From Mayamaea pseudoterrestris (Eukaryota), in NCBI GenBank assembly GCA_027923505.1, contig BROI01000010.1, positions 744,001-808,000 of the forward strand: a stretch of DNA of 64,000 nucleotides, in the 5' to 3' direction. The notes under the pieces are model-generated. The model did not search any database, was not told the origin of the DNA, and saw only the letters and a program-made list of their open reading frames with translations. Position 1 is the stretch's first letter, and each line of letters begins with the position of its first letter. Position numbers and translations under genes: made by a program. Positions 43,657-55,791 of this stretch are shown piece after piece.

Positions 43657-45372
43657 ATGGTAGAACTGCATTTCACATTTCACACATTAATCACACTATT
43701 TACTATTCCAAAACGCTTCACAGTCGAACACCAAGTGATGACAGACCACCAAGAGACGCATATAGACTCAAGAGTAATAGAGTCAGTCCAGCAGCGACGT
43801 TTTCGGCAGCGAAAACGGCCTCTGTCTCTTCACCATTCCAACGACAGTCTCGTCGTCACTGCAAAGGTTGTTCCGCTAGTGTTTCCTGACAACAATGATG
43901 ATGAATCCTCTGCTTGTCCACGCAGTTTGGTTCGCGTCGTTGAGCCATACCCATGGTCTTTTTCGACGCACGCCAAGCAGCGATGGATCGGCCGTCCACT
44001 TGTCCATGTATACTCGACCGACTTTGGCGCCTATCCTGCCTCATACTACGAAATGGCAATACTTCAGGGACGCATTCTTGTCAACGATACCAAAGTTGAT
44101 CCAAACTACTTGGTAAAGGATCGAGACGTTCTTTCGCACTGCGTCCACCGACATGAACCAGCCGTTGGCGTTTACAATGAAGACACCCTCGTTAATGTTG
44201 TACAGGAAACGGATCTGCTTCTTGTCGTCGACAAGCCACCAAACATGCCCATCCATCCTTGTGGAGCATATCACAAGAACACTCTTGTTGATATCTTGGA
44301 TACAACTCGAAACACTAAGCATTATACCATACATCGACTCGATCGACTTACCTCGGGATTGGTGCTTGTTGGCAAGACGAGCGAGGCAGCAAGAAAGTAT
44401 GTGTCAGTCATGCAGGAGCATCAAAGTCAACGAATCGATGAGAATGTAGTATCTTCGTGCGAAAAAATTTACTTGGCAAGAGTGAAAGGGCGGTTCGCGG
44501 CGAGCCTTCCCGATGGTCTGCCTCGCATTCGCCATGAGCAGCTACCAATCCGGGGAGAGTGGATGGGCAAGCAAGGGCGTGACCGCAACGCATATGGGTA
44601 CTGGCTATCCAATTTTGATGATGAGTTATGTACTCTATCGGTGCAACAGTTCGGTCAACAGGAGGGCTCGGTGGATGACTGGCTGAGATGTCTTGGAAGA
44701 AGATTCACTTCGGTCAGCAAAGAAATTACACCAGATGCCGGTTCACGTTATTGGTTCCATGTGGCATGTCCGATGCGAGTCGAGCAGCACAAGAATGGCG
44801 TCTGCGTATGCGGTTGTTTTCAATCACTCGATAATGATTCTTACAAGCGCACCGTCAAGTCAGCATCAACGTCCTTTGCATTGATTCACTACGACGGAGC
44901 TACCGACTCGACTCTCGTGCTATGCCGTCCGACGACGGGAAGGACCCATCAAATACGACTGCACTTGCAGCTTCTTGGCAATCCTATTGTTAACGACCCA
45001 AACTATGGCGGAAACATGTGGTGGAACAATCCGCGCGGCGAGAGTGGTGGCCGGCAAGCTCAGATTTTGCTTGAAGCGATGAATCGTGCCTCCACGTCGG
45101 TGCCGAGTGCATCGCACCATACACCAGCGACGCAGCAGGAGGTGGAGGAGCTCAATGTGCATTTACAATCGAGCGACGAGCCTTTAGATGACTTCATCCG
45201 GAGAACATGTGTTTGGTGCAAGCGGGGTCAAGGTAGCAACACTGATCGATCAGTAATGGAGTACATGTCGCGAAGCCCCATGATATACTTGCATGCGCTC
45301 CAGTACTCGATGCGGAATGCCGACGAAGTTGCAAGTTTTCGGACGGATTTTCCTGCATGGGCTAGATTCTAA
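43657..45372 (+). CDS. RluA-family pseudouridine synthase (RIB2/PUS9/RPUSD2-like)
   Basis: VVDKPPNMPIHPCG, HRLDRLTSG (catalytic Asp), TGRTHQIRLHL, IYLHA. Start may be 43738. Confidence 0.93.
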   Translation: MVELHFTFHTLITLFTIPKRFTVEHQVMTDHQETHIDSRVIESVQQRRFRQRKRPLSLHHSNDSLVVTAKVVPLVFPDNNDDESSACPRSLVRVVEPYPWSFSTHAKQRWIGRPLVHVYSTDFGAYPASYYEMAILQGRILVNDTKVDPNYLVKDRDVLSHCVHRHEPAVGVYNEDTLVNVVQETDLLLVVDKPPNMPIHPCGAYHKNTLVDILDTTRNTKHYTIHRLDRLTSGLVLVGKTSEAARKYVSVMQEHQSQRIDENVVSSCEKIYLARVKGRFAASLPDGLPRIRHEQLPIRGEWMGKQGRDRNAYGYWLSNFDDELCTLSVQQFGQQEGSVDDWLRCLGRRFTSVSKEITPDAGSRYWFHVACPMRVEQHKNGVCVCGCFQSLDNDSYKRTVKSASTSFALIHYDGATDSTLVLCRPTTGRTHQIRLHLQLLGNPIVNDPNYGGNMWWNNPRGESGGRQAQILLEAMNRASTSVPSASHHTPATQQEVEELNVHLQSSDEPLDDFIRRTCVWCKRGQGSNTDRSVMEYMSRSPMIYLHALQYSMRNADEVASFRTDFPAWARF

Positions 45373-45465
45373 AAGTTGCTCATGTATGGTTTTTTAATAA
45401 AGACAATATAACTAAATCGAAAATTTGTCTCATGTAACCAAATGAATTCGAAAACCAGTCGTTAA

Positions 45466-48400
45466 TTAAAGGTCGGTAAGATCGTCTTGGTCAGTCAACT
45501 GGCGCATCATGTCCCCAACACTATACTTGATGTTCGAAAAAAGACGGCGGAAGTGCACTTCAAGTGCCGCGTACTTGCCGTGGGGCTGCTGAATGTTATT
45601 GTGAGCAATCTGACAAATGTAACCGAGCCGAATAATACGATTCTTCAATTCATTACGCTCTTCGCGGCTCTGCTCATCAGTGAAACCTTTTTGCTTGGAC
45701 ACCAACATTTCATAGACACTTCTATCGAGCGCTGGCCCAGCATCGCCCTCACTGGCACCAGGAGGCAACACTAAATGCATCTTGTCTTTCTCTTCTTGAA
45801 GAATATCCAACTTCTCAATCGTATCCCTCGCTTCGCGAAGCGCCGCTTCAGTCTCCAGCCACATGCTTTTGGCATCCTCGCTGAGCGAACGTCCGTCAGG
45901 AGCAGGCGAGACGCGTAGCACCTGCTGTAGCGACTCTTCTCCTTCCTTGGCGGCAACACGGTCAACGACGTGAAGAAGAACAGAAATGAATTCGTTCTGC
46001 GTCGAATCACTCTCCTTATAACTTTTCGTTTTATTGAAACAAAACCGAATGTACAACTGCTCGAGCGCAGCGCAGAGGTGAACCGATTCTGGTAAGAAGT
46101 CGTGCATTTCCCACACCATGGACAGCACATTGTGATCCATCGCCAACGACAAGTCGTCGTGAACGTAACCTAGACCTGTCAGCACCTTGACGGACGTGTC
46201 CATGTAGTCCGACGAAACACCGTTGCAGAAGTCCTCCAAAGTAGTGTTGCACATCCACTGCATTTGATTCTCCGACACTGTAGGAAAGCAGTGCTGAAAC
46301 TTCTGGATTCGCTTAAGGGCGACAGCAAATTCATTCTCGTGCGCAAAATGTCTTGTGTCGTCAGGATCGTTTGAAGCGGCGAGCGCCTGCTGCAGAACCA
46401 TGGTGGGGTAGCGAGGCTCCTTTCCTGTCACATGGCTTATAGAACCAAGCATCAAGTTTTCGATATAAGGCCAGTCCATGCCCAAGTAAATGACGTTGCC
46501 TTGAACGTCAAGCCCTCTGCGGCCTGCTCGACCCTGCATCTGCTGCGCAATCAACGGCGTCAGCGCATCGCCCATGTCCCCGCAAAAAACACATGAACGG
46601 AACGGCATGTTGACACCGTATGCAAGAGCGTCGTCAGAAAAAACGACAGCCAAACGGCCCTTCTGCGCCAACATCTGGACCTGGCGTCGGTAACAAGAGA
46701 AGCCAACTTCGTTTGTGTAAATGGCGATACCACGACGAAGACCACGAATCAGTGCATGCCCAATGGAAACATTCTCGCCCGACTTCTTCATGTCGCTAAT
46801 TATATCCTCAACTTCATTGTAATTCAAGCGCTTGCCGGCAGCAGAAAGAACATACTTGTCGTGAGGCTTGGTCGTGTCTTCCTGCACCAAAGACTCGTCA
46901 GCGAAACCCGACTTGGCGTCTTCCTCCGCTTCGGCAGCGTTCTCACGACTTGCTCGTCCGGCAGCAACCTTACGCATCTGGGCCTTTTCGCGCGCCACTT
47001 TTATCAAGTCCTTGCGATAGGTTGGAAACTCTGTCATCTGCTCGCTCTCGAGGCGACTAAGGAGCGCTTTGAACATGCCAAATGCGCCATATGTATCAAG
47101 CTGGAAAGCAACCGCTGGAAGCAGATCCGACTCTTTCAGCTGCCAAACGGCATCGTAAATCCAATCGCCAACATCCGTCGTTGCCTGCAACGGAGGTGGA
47201 ACTTGCGCCTTGCGGAGTCTTTCGTATAAATCCGAATGCGAAATCGAAAGTTCCGCAAGACGTTTCTTCAAATGCTTCTCGTATTCTCTCGTCTGGTCCA
47301 ATGTAACTCGTTTGCTCTCGCCGCAGGCCAACGCGAAAAACTTTTCTGGATCGTCGAGGTCAAGCAAGACAGTCCCTGGAAAGATGGCTCTCATGCGTTT
47401 CCACAGATCCATCAAATCGCTTGGCGTCATGGAGAGTGCATCAATCAGCTCCGTCTGGTCCCGGAGCCTCTCAGCCGTCATGGCAGCGACCGGATGTAGC
47501 TTGCTAAGCTTCATCTTCTTTCGTCCGTCCTTCCCTTCAACCTCCGTCGTAACATAGCGCTGCAAGTTTATAAATCGGGCACTATGCTCCTTAAGTAAGA
47601 CCTCCTCGGGCTTTTCGGGAACGTCAACAACTGTTGCTTCAACGTGCTCGCGACGCACGTCAGCAAACCAATCCCTCAACTGTGAAGCGTTTCCAATCGT
47701 AGCACTTAGCGCAAGAAACGGGCAGTTACAAGCCTTTATAATACGCTGTAGTGCATCTCCTTCTGGGCCATCCAGTGTGTGAACTTCATCAAGCACCAAA
47801 TAATCAAATTGATGGAACCCGCCATCCAAAACCATAAACTCGCGCTCACCCTTCGTCATCTCCTCTCCGGCTGCACCGCGTACTTTGCTAATGCTGCGCT
47901 CTAAAGCCCTAGGCGTACCGATATAAACTTGCGCATCACCAGAGACTTCCTGAAAAGTAATTTGATCAGTACAAACGGTAACATTACCCTTGAAGAATTG
48001 GTAGTAGGTAGACGCAACCTGCCAGACCAGCACCTCGCTCGGCAAGACAAAAAGCACCGTCCCTTTGGCATTCTTACAAGTGTACGTGCTAAGAAGAGTC
48101 TTTCCTGAAGACGTTGGAGCACAGACCACCGCCGACTGACGTTGATCGATAGATTGAAGAATCGCGCACTGCCATTCCTCAAGTTGGAAGACGCGATTGT
48201 AGCGTGAAAGTGGCGGCAACCGATCCGGCATGTCCGTGAGCTGAAACGAAATCAAATTTTTTTTGCTGGACATGATCTTGCGAGCATACTTTAGCGAGTC
48301 TTTGTAACTTCCGCGTGAGTCGCCACCGTCCTTGTAAAGTGTCTTGAGCGCACTTGCATCAGCGCTAAGGACAACCTTTTCCTCTTTGGCGTCCTTGTCC

Positions 48401-49301
48401 TTCTTAGTCGCCTTTTTATCCTTCAAAACGTCCTTCTTCTTAACATCTTTGCTCTTGTCAGTCTTATCTTTCGTGGACTCCTTCTTGGCTGCCTTTTCCG
48501 ATGACAATTCGCCGTCCGCGATTTTAAATGGTTCCATGTCTTCCAGTGCCCAAAGAATGTCAAGAACTTCGGCCTCGCTCGAGTTAACAGATCCCTGTCG
48601 AAGATCTGAAACTGCCAAATGAAGCATCTTGATCATGCGATGAATCTTGCCAACGCTCGTCGCACAAGTCGTCTCCTGCAAAGATTTGAGCGTCTTGAGA
48701 TTAGACAGTTTTTGCAAGTCTCGGTCAAGATCTTTCTTTAGTTTTTCAACTTGATTCGTCTCCTTAATGGAATCAGCGGCAGACTTCTTCTTCTCAGCGC
48801 CTTTCTTGCCTCCCTTTTTGATCTTTTCCTTCTCAGCCGCTTCCAAGGCAGCGGCAGCAGAATCAGCCAAGCGACGGCGCTCTCGTTCCTCGTCCCATTT
48901 CTTGGCTGGATCAAAAATGGATCCTTCCGGCGGCGCCATATCGCGGAGAATAATGGGAATGGATGATCGCTGCTTAACGTAGATGAAGGCCTTGCGGGTT
49001 TCCTTGTCAAATGTCTGTCATATAACCAAGAATATGAATTAGGTGAGCGACATAACATTGCTGCGCAAATCAAAATTAACGCGGAGACATTTCGTACCTT
49101 GGTGATCCCATCCTTGTACATCAATGCCTTTTTCTCGATCCAAAATACATCATAAGATCGTGTCTTGAAGGTCAGTTCCCATTCCGAAGCGCCTTCCGGC
49201 GTCGGAGTAGTGGAGGTAGGCGCAGCAGAGGCGACAGCATTATTATTGCTATTGGCGCTTGAGGAGGCACCGGCCTGCTGTGGAGCAGGAACAAACGACA
49301 T
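45466..49301 (-). CDS. Ski2-like DExH RNA helicase, DDX60-like; 2 exons
   Basis: SAVVCAPTSSGKT, LDEVH, CPFLALSATIGN, GVNMPFRSCVF, QMQGRAGRRGLD. Exon 1 (ATG 49301 to ...GITK) splices through an intron at ~49015-49097 to TFDKETRK..., which is in frame with the 1157-aa ORF. Confidence 0.88.
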
Positions 49302-49623
49302 ACACTAAGCGGCTAGACTTTTTGACTCCTGTTTGTACCTCAGAGTATAAATCAAACGATGACACTTGACAAACGTTTGACAATGGCAGACTTCCTTGAT
49401 TGATTCGTCCGCGTCGATGGTGCTCCGCGACTTGCTCGCGTCGGAGCAATGCGAATGTGTGGCGGTCACCGAATGTCCTTGCGTCGCATCGTTACTCAAG
49501 CTACCCAGCTGCGGCGAAGTGTACGTAGTTGATTACGACGTAGGTCGAAGACGAGACCACAGGTTTAGAGACAAGGATGCAAATACATCTAACTATTCGC
49601 TGCTGCATCAATTTTGCATTTGA

Positions 49624-51299
49624 CTAGAGCTCTGCCGTTGTCTCGTCTCCAGTAAAGTCTCTCCCACCGCGACTCACTAGTAATCCCACGATCGCGTGAT
49701 CCTCCCCTAGCAACTCCTTGGCCAATTTCACCATGGAAGGGCCGCTCTGGTCTTGAAGGACCTGGGCATTCACTTCAGATCCACGATTCAGAAGCAGCTC
49801 AACAACCTCTATCTTGCCTGAACGTATGCCTTCCGCCAACGGCGTCCATCCATTCTTGTCGCGATGCTCCACAACCTCAGGGTGCTCGTCCAAGTACCGC
49901 GATAGGGATGCAAGGTCTCCGAACTGCGCTAACTCGTGCGCCTCCGTTGATCCCGTCGTAAATTGTCGCTGACCAAAAAGGACATGGCCGTTCGGGTTGC
50001 TGGTTCGCCATCTTGGCTCTTCCTCACTGCCAGGAATGAGGTAAGGTGGCAAGTCACCATCGACAAGAACGGCACCGTCAATGGGGCCAATGGGCTGCGT
50101 TATTGAGCGTTTATCCGTTTGCGTGCACTGAGAAACGATAATGATACAACATAACAAAATATCACAATGCCACATTGACATACATACCTCAAAGTGAATG
50201 AATATATTCGCCATAAAGCGCCCCTTGAGCGGAAACTGGCGTCCATGAATGATAGAATGACTTTCGTACAAGACCAAATCTCCAGGCTCCATGGTTATGT
50301 TGTAGGCGATACCGTCATGTCCAATCACTTCCAACGGCCATGGTTCGTCAACGTCCTGATCGACATTAATGATTGCAGAACTGACTAAAGGATTCCTATC
50401 TACGTGTGGAGCCAACATGGCGCTTTCAGTCTGCAAAATAGATTGAAGGAAGGATGTATGAGCAACTTGCACAAATCGACATGCGTACGCCGCTGAAACA
50501 TCTATATACAGCAGACATACAAACACGTACATATATTCGAATGCCATACAAAGAACATTCAGCAAGCTTGTGTCCTGTCCACTCTTGAATAGTATCTCGT
50601 GCCGCGTTCCAAACATGCTGCTTCAAGACATAGCCGCCACCTTCCAAATCTGTATCCTCGACCGAAACCATGTATGACGGCGACAACCAATGGTTTGTGT
50701 AAATGTTTCCGGTCGTCCAACGTTCCGGCTTTTTCTTGTGTTTGTTCTTGTCCCAGAATGTTTTGAGCAACTGGAAGACATGGTCAGGTGCGCGCATCTT
50801 CATAAAGCCAGTCTTTGTATAATTGTACATGCACTTTGGCTGCCTCAGTGTCATGGTAAGGCGATCATTTTCCGTGTCCCAGCAACGCTGACCCTTGCCT
50901 CGCGTCTTGTCGTAGTAGTCTACGCAGCTTTGCATGAAGTCTTCATAGTCCTTTTGTTTGTTTCCAAGTGGTTGAATCGGCATGCCCTTGTACTCGTCGG
51001 GGACTGGCAGAGTAGGGTCAAGATTGTGAGGAAGCCATGGATAATTAGTACTGACACGTCCGTAATGCATTGGCCATGACTAGAAATAGAAAGACGATAC
51101 AGAGATGAGTCATCAATTCATGTTTAATGTACTACACGAGATGGGCATTTGACAATGACCGATGGAAGATTGACATCTCGAGATTGGCACATACAGTATC
51201 CACTCCATATTTCACTGGAATAGCCGTCGTATTACTAGCGAGGCATTGTACTAATAGTGTGATGCTCAAACATGCAACAAGTAGTCGTCGATGCGTCAT
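49624..51299 (-). CDS. Secreted/ER 2OG-Fe(II) oxygenase-like protein with C-terminal ankyrin repeats (paralog A); 4 exons
   Basis: Signal peptide MTHRRLLVACLSITLLVQCLAS; HVD...YESHSIIHGR...NIFIHFE; ankyrin DKNGWTPLAEG; ends TAEL. Introns ~51080-51194, 50431-50530, 50095-50187. Confidence 0.85.
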
Positions 51300-51552
51300 G
51301 TCAATTGCGTTGGTTCGCGCGAAAGCGAAGGATGGATTGTCATGGTCGCTAGCGAAGTCGAAGGACGTCCCTCCGCGATGACTCGCCATTTAATGCCGCT
51401 TTCTGCCATTCAATGCCGCTTCGTCTATCGCAATCATGCGATCTTTTCCGTGGCGCAGCTGGGCGATCGATTGATCGTGCGAGATCACGCATGCGAAAGT
51501 CAATAGTACATTATATTCGAGTGGTCTCTCATCTCTTTCTGCGAATTGCATC

Positions 51553-52203
51553 ATGGACGTCAATAAACAAGATGAAGCGCTACTTGGGAGTGCAGTAGTA
51601 GCTCCGGCAATTGTCCCAATCCGATTCACATCAGTCACGACCAAAGGTTTCGGTCGAGAATCCTCCGAGCTGGGAATTCCTACGGCTAATTTGGATAGAG
51701 TGCTGACAGAAACACATCCCAAAATTCAGTTTGAAGACTTGCCATGTGGAATCTATTGGGGTTTCTGTCGCATTCTCAGCAGAAAGCGAAGTGGCGCAGA
51801 GCAAGTGCAGGATGACGACGACGACGACGATGACGAAGCAGAGAGTAGTAATTGCAACTCCGATTCGAAAATTGCCTTCACCACTTGCACGGCTGCCATA
51901 TCCATCGGTTACAACCCTACCTATGGCAATGAATTTAAAACAGTGGAGCCGCACATTATTGCACCACCCATGCATCAGCAAAGACATGCATCCTCGTGCG
52001 GAGAAACAATTTTTTCGCAAGACCTTTACGACCGACCGATTCGATTGTCGGTCGTTGGCTATCTGCGACCAGAACTGCCGTTCGAAGGCATAGACAAGTT
52101 GATTGATGCTATCAAGCAAGATATTGTACATTCCGAACGACTTGCAGAGTCACTGGATGAAGACGTCTTGATGGAAAGAGCATGGGTAGACGTAAACGAT
52201 TGA
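51553..52203 (+). CDS. RFK: Riboflavin kinase
   Basis: KGFGRESSELGIPTANL, SIGYNPTYGN..KTVEPH, VVGYLRPELPF..ID.LI.AI.QDI. Confidence 0.93.
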   Translation: MDVNKQDEALLGSAVVAPAIVPIRFTSVTTKGFGRESSELGIPTANLDRVLTETHPKIQFEDLPCGIYWGFCRILSRKRSGAEQVQDDDDDDDDEAESSNCNSDSKIAFTTCTAAISIGYNPTYGNEFKTVEPHIIAPPMHQQRHASSCGETIFSQDLYDRPIRLSVVGYLRPELPFEGIDKLIDAIKQDIVHSERLAESLDEDVLMERAWVDVND

Positions 52204-53770
52204 TGGCTCACAAGAAAAGCCATTTACTCGTAAAAGCATTGAACTTAAGAAAGGTTTGTTATCAACTTGCCTGTATAAATCGCATTTGACACGAAATTGA
52301 CATACATAGTTGATTTTGCGAGGTCGAAACGGCCGTCCCGGTGCTCTAACTGTAAGTGCGGAATGCTGCATGTTGCCTGCCATTTATTTGTACTAGCTTT
52401 GACTTGGCCGCATAGGTTTGCAGCAAGCGCGATTCCATTCGCATAACATGCATCCTTGTCAAAGAAGGCGATCATGACAGATTGCGAGCAGTGAGCAAAC
52501 GTCAGGTACTTTTACCACTCACCGAAGACCGCCGTCGTATGTGCTGCAAGGCTCCCATTAAAACAAATCAATGCCATGCTAAAAGCATGATACGTTGTTT
52601 GTGTTTGTTTTGGCGTACGTGATCATTTCATTGCTGCTCGCCATGCGAAAAGCCAGTCAGCCTTCACGTGCATCCACTAGTTGAGCAATGGATGAATGAT
52701 CTTAGTCCGCGTCAAACTTTTGAATTCATATTGTCGACTCGGTTTTCAATTGCTGAACGTCTTGGAAAGTAAAACAGTGCTTCGGTGAAGGGTTCGCCGC
52801 AAGGCAATCCCCAATGTTTGCGTCGTCTTGTAGACCAGCACACGTGCAACGTTCTCCTCCAGTTAGCTTGCATTGAACCGCTGCCATCTTCCGAACAAGA
52901 GACTTGTGTCAATGCAAATATGTTTCAAAACGAAAGGCAAGTGATGTTAATCGCATCCGTAGGGGGAATGGAAAATCTACCACATGAACCATGCATGTTG
53001 ATTGTTTCAGCAGCAACGCCGACGTTAGATTGGTGAAGCGCCAAACAGCGTGACACTAATGCAGCGTTCGTTGGCAAGTCGCAATAATGCAAGAGGGGAT
53101 TGAGGTGAATGGAGTGTTCAATGTTCAATTCCGTCATTTCATAGTCGCACATTCCTGCACACAAAATGGCTCTAGATTCTAAATCAGATAGGAATCATGA
53201 ATTTCTCAAATGCGGTAACATGGCCGAGTCACTTACCAATCATAGAAGCGTACTTTGTCCAACTATTGGAGAGGGCGCGGGGCGCAAGCTGCAACAATTG
53301 TTACTCCGTCGGCGGAATGGTATGGATACCAGTACGCATCCTTTGCTACCGATTGTCAATCTAAGGACTTAAAATAAATCTCCGCTTGCATTGTATTAGC
53401 AGTTTTTGCAAACGTCTCCGAGGAGTACTTGTACTCGTAGCAACAACAATCCTGTGATGAGATGAATTTTGCGCATCGTCATGGTCGACGGAATGAGTGA
53501 CAAACGCGTGTCGTACCGTGTGAGGCATAAATATTCAATTTTCGTGAAAGCAAATCTGCCTTGATATGCCCCTTGACCAAACCCGGAAACCGTGACGCGC
53601 CGTTGGATCGCGGAACCACGTCGTCGCCGATGCGTGCTGATTGATGCATGGTGCTTGACAAGAATGCTTTTGGACCGAGGAGGAAGACGGAGAAAACGAA
53701 GGAAGAAACAGCAGCAGCAGCAGACAGCAAGTGAGTTTGAGTAGAGATCAGGAGTAAAGCAAACGCATTT

Positions 53771-55474
53771 ATGCGAGGAAATAAACAGACACCGTCGTCC
53801 AAGGACGACAATTATTATTGCGATAGCAATAGCAGAAGTGATCATAGTGGAACAAGTATCATGGATGCACACGGAGGAATGATTCGTCTCGGCCGCTTCC
53901 GGATTCGCCTTCCTTCCAAGCAGCGCAAAACGTTACGAGCAGAGGATGCTAGTGTTCCGTCGACGGCATCCATGACGAGTTGGTCGTCGCAGCAGACGTG
54001 TAGTCATGCTGAATTTTGTCACAAGCGGCCCTCTATTGTGGTTCAGACGAAGCAGCAGCAGCATTTAGAAAACATTGACGAAACGGATTCATACTCACCG
54101 TTGAATCGAAGCATGACTCTCTATCGCGACGCACCAGAGTCACTGTCAGAGGCGCTTGGCGACTGGCTATCCGCTTCAGAGACTTTGCTAAGATCGGAGG
54201 AATTGCATCAATTTGTCGTGGCGACTTGTCACGTGATTGGAGGCATGGGAGACTTGGCCTTTCGAACAGCTTTGCTTCCAATTACTTTGCCAATACATGT
54301 TGCTTGCTCAACCACCAATTTGGTCGTTGGAGGGACGGTGCATGTACTTTCAACGGCAGGATCTGTGATTGGATCAACCATTTGGAGTTTGACAACCACG
54401 AAGCAATCGTTAAACGAAGAAGATTCGCCTTCACGACGAAAGTCTTTTACTTGCGTCAAGCAACAAGAGTATGATGTCAACAAGATACATTACCTCGAGC
54501 GACTTCGACTTGATTACACGCCGCAAGAGTCCCAATATGAACCAAGCACCACACGTATTAAGCACATCAAGACGGTTGTTCCAAAGAGCGACTTTCTCCT
54601 TCGCGTAGCTGATTTAAAAGTTTCTACTTTAGATGACAAGGGTCAAAAAGTCGTGGTCCAATATGTTGATCTCAGCTGCTGCAATTCGTCATCGCCAGAC
54701 CTGGTACAAACGGCGCTCGATCGACTTTACTATACTGGCCTTTCATTGCTCGCCAAGCATCCCACGGTCAGACTCAACAAGCCCTACATTTCATCAGATC
54801 ATTTGATTGACTGGAAGGCCGAGTCGGCGACTGCAAAGCTGCTGCGCGAAATGACCAAGCTGTCGAGCATAGAGCGACTTCATCTGCTGCAAAAACAAGT
54901 TCTTGTTTGGTCAGGCAAATTTTGCAATGAACGCAACCGCAACGCACTGCCAGCATTTTTGGCGAGAGGCATTGTGGAAAAGAGTCCTCGCGAGTTTATG
55001 GAGCTGCTATGGGACAACTCGAGGACGGGCAAATACAATCAATATTGTGTTTCGCGAACCAATGCTCTCGTGTTGAGCGACAAGGTGCTCGAAGGCGCGG
55101 CAAATGGGACAAAGGTGGTGCAGTCGGAAACACGGGTACCGTTCACGAGTCTTACAGTCAAGGCCAAGTGCTTGATGCATGTTCGGCCACTGGAGGCGCC
55201 TGATGTCGGTTTTGTCATTCTCAGTAGGAGTCTTGACTCTGGTGACGCTGGATTGCACATTGATGCAGCGCATGTGCACGCGGGAAGCAAAAATGAGATT
55301 TTGTGGGGGATTAATGTGTTTCGCGCCGTCCCAAGCCATCCGCATTTGACCGACTTGACGAGCCTTAGCCAAGTGAGTTCGTCTCTTGTGCCGACTTTTA
55401 TGGCGAACCGGATCGGACTCATGGGTGTTGAGGACTTCTTTAAGAATGTGCGGACGCGCAAGCGTCAACTTTAA
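53771..55474 (+). CDS. Protein with C-terminal START/SRPBCC-like lipid-binding domain
   Basis: ARGIVEKSPREFMELLWDNSRTGKYN...VILSRS...EILWGINVFRAV...TDLTSLSQV...VP.FMA. Confidence 0.7.
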   Translation: MRGNKQTPSSKDDNYYCDSNSRSDHSGTSIMDAHGGMIRLGRFRIRLPSKQRKTLRAEDASVPSTASMTSWSSQQTCSHAEFCHKRPSIVVQTKQQQHLENIDETDSYSPLNRSMTLYRDAPESLSEALGDWLSASETLLRSEELHQFVVATCHVIGGMGDLAFRTALLPITLPIHVACSTTNLVVGGTVHVLSTAGSVIGSTIWSLTTTKQSLNEEDSPSRRKSFTCVKQQEYDVNKIHYLERLRLDYTPQESQYEPSTTRIKHIKTVVPKSDFLLRVADLKVSTLDDKGQKVVVQYVDLSCCNSSSPDLVQTALDRLYYTGLSLLAKHPTVRLNKPYISSDHLIDWKAESATAKLLREMTKLSSIERLHLLQKQVLVWSGKFCNERNRNALPAFLARGIVEKSPREFMELLWDNSRTGKYNQYCVSRTNALVLSDKVLEGAANGTKVVQSETRVPFTSLTVKAKCLMHVRPLEAPDVGFVILSRSLDSGDAGLHIDAAHVHAGSKNEILWGINVFRAVPSHPHLTDLTSLSQVSSSLVPTFMANRIGLMGVEDFFKNVRTRKRQL

Positions 55475-55791
55475 ATGTGCGTGTGACTTTCATCGTTGCA
55501 AGCGCAATGTGCGCCTTGACGAAGTATTACATGTGTTCATGTCTCTCTGCATGCTTCTCCTTTAGTAGGAGACGAAAGTAGATAATTAATTAATATCAAT
55601 GCAGTTACTAATTCTTTCGAACCTGTATTTTTGCTCTCGAGTAACTGATTGGTGGCGGGTCAGCGACCCACCTACCGGTACATCCAACTAATCGACCTAC
55701 CTTAATGGGCACGAACATTATGTACTTGTCATCAGCAGCCAGCCTAAACCTTACATCAGTGACTACTAATCATATGCGCTGCATATTCCAT

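Noticed and set aside
52250..53700. Long intergenic stretch with short ORFs and a GTGATGA box-C-like word near 53454
   Set aside because: No nearby box D with a terminal stem, no recognisable rRNA guide and no convincing ORF.
55479..55535. SECIS-like hairpin after the START-domain gene
   Set aside because: It lacks the 3' GA of the core, and the gene has no in-frame TGA.
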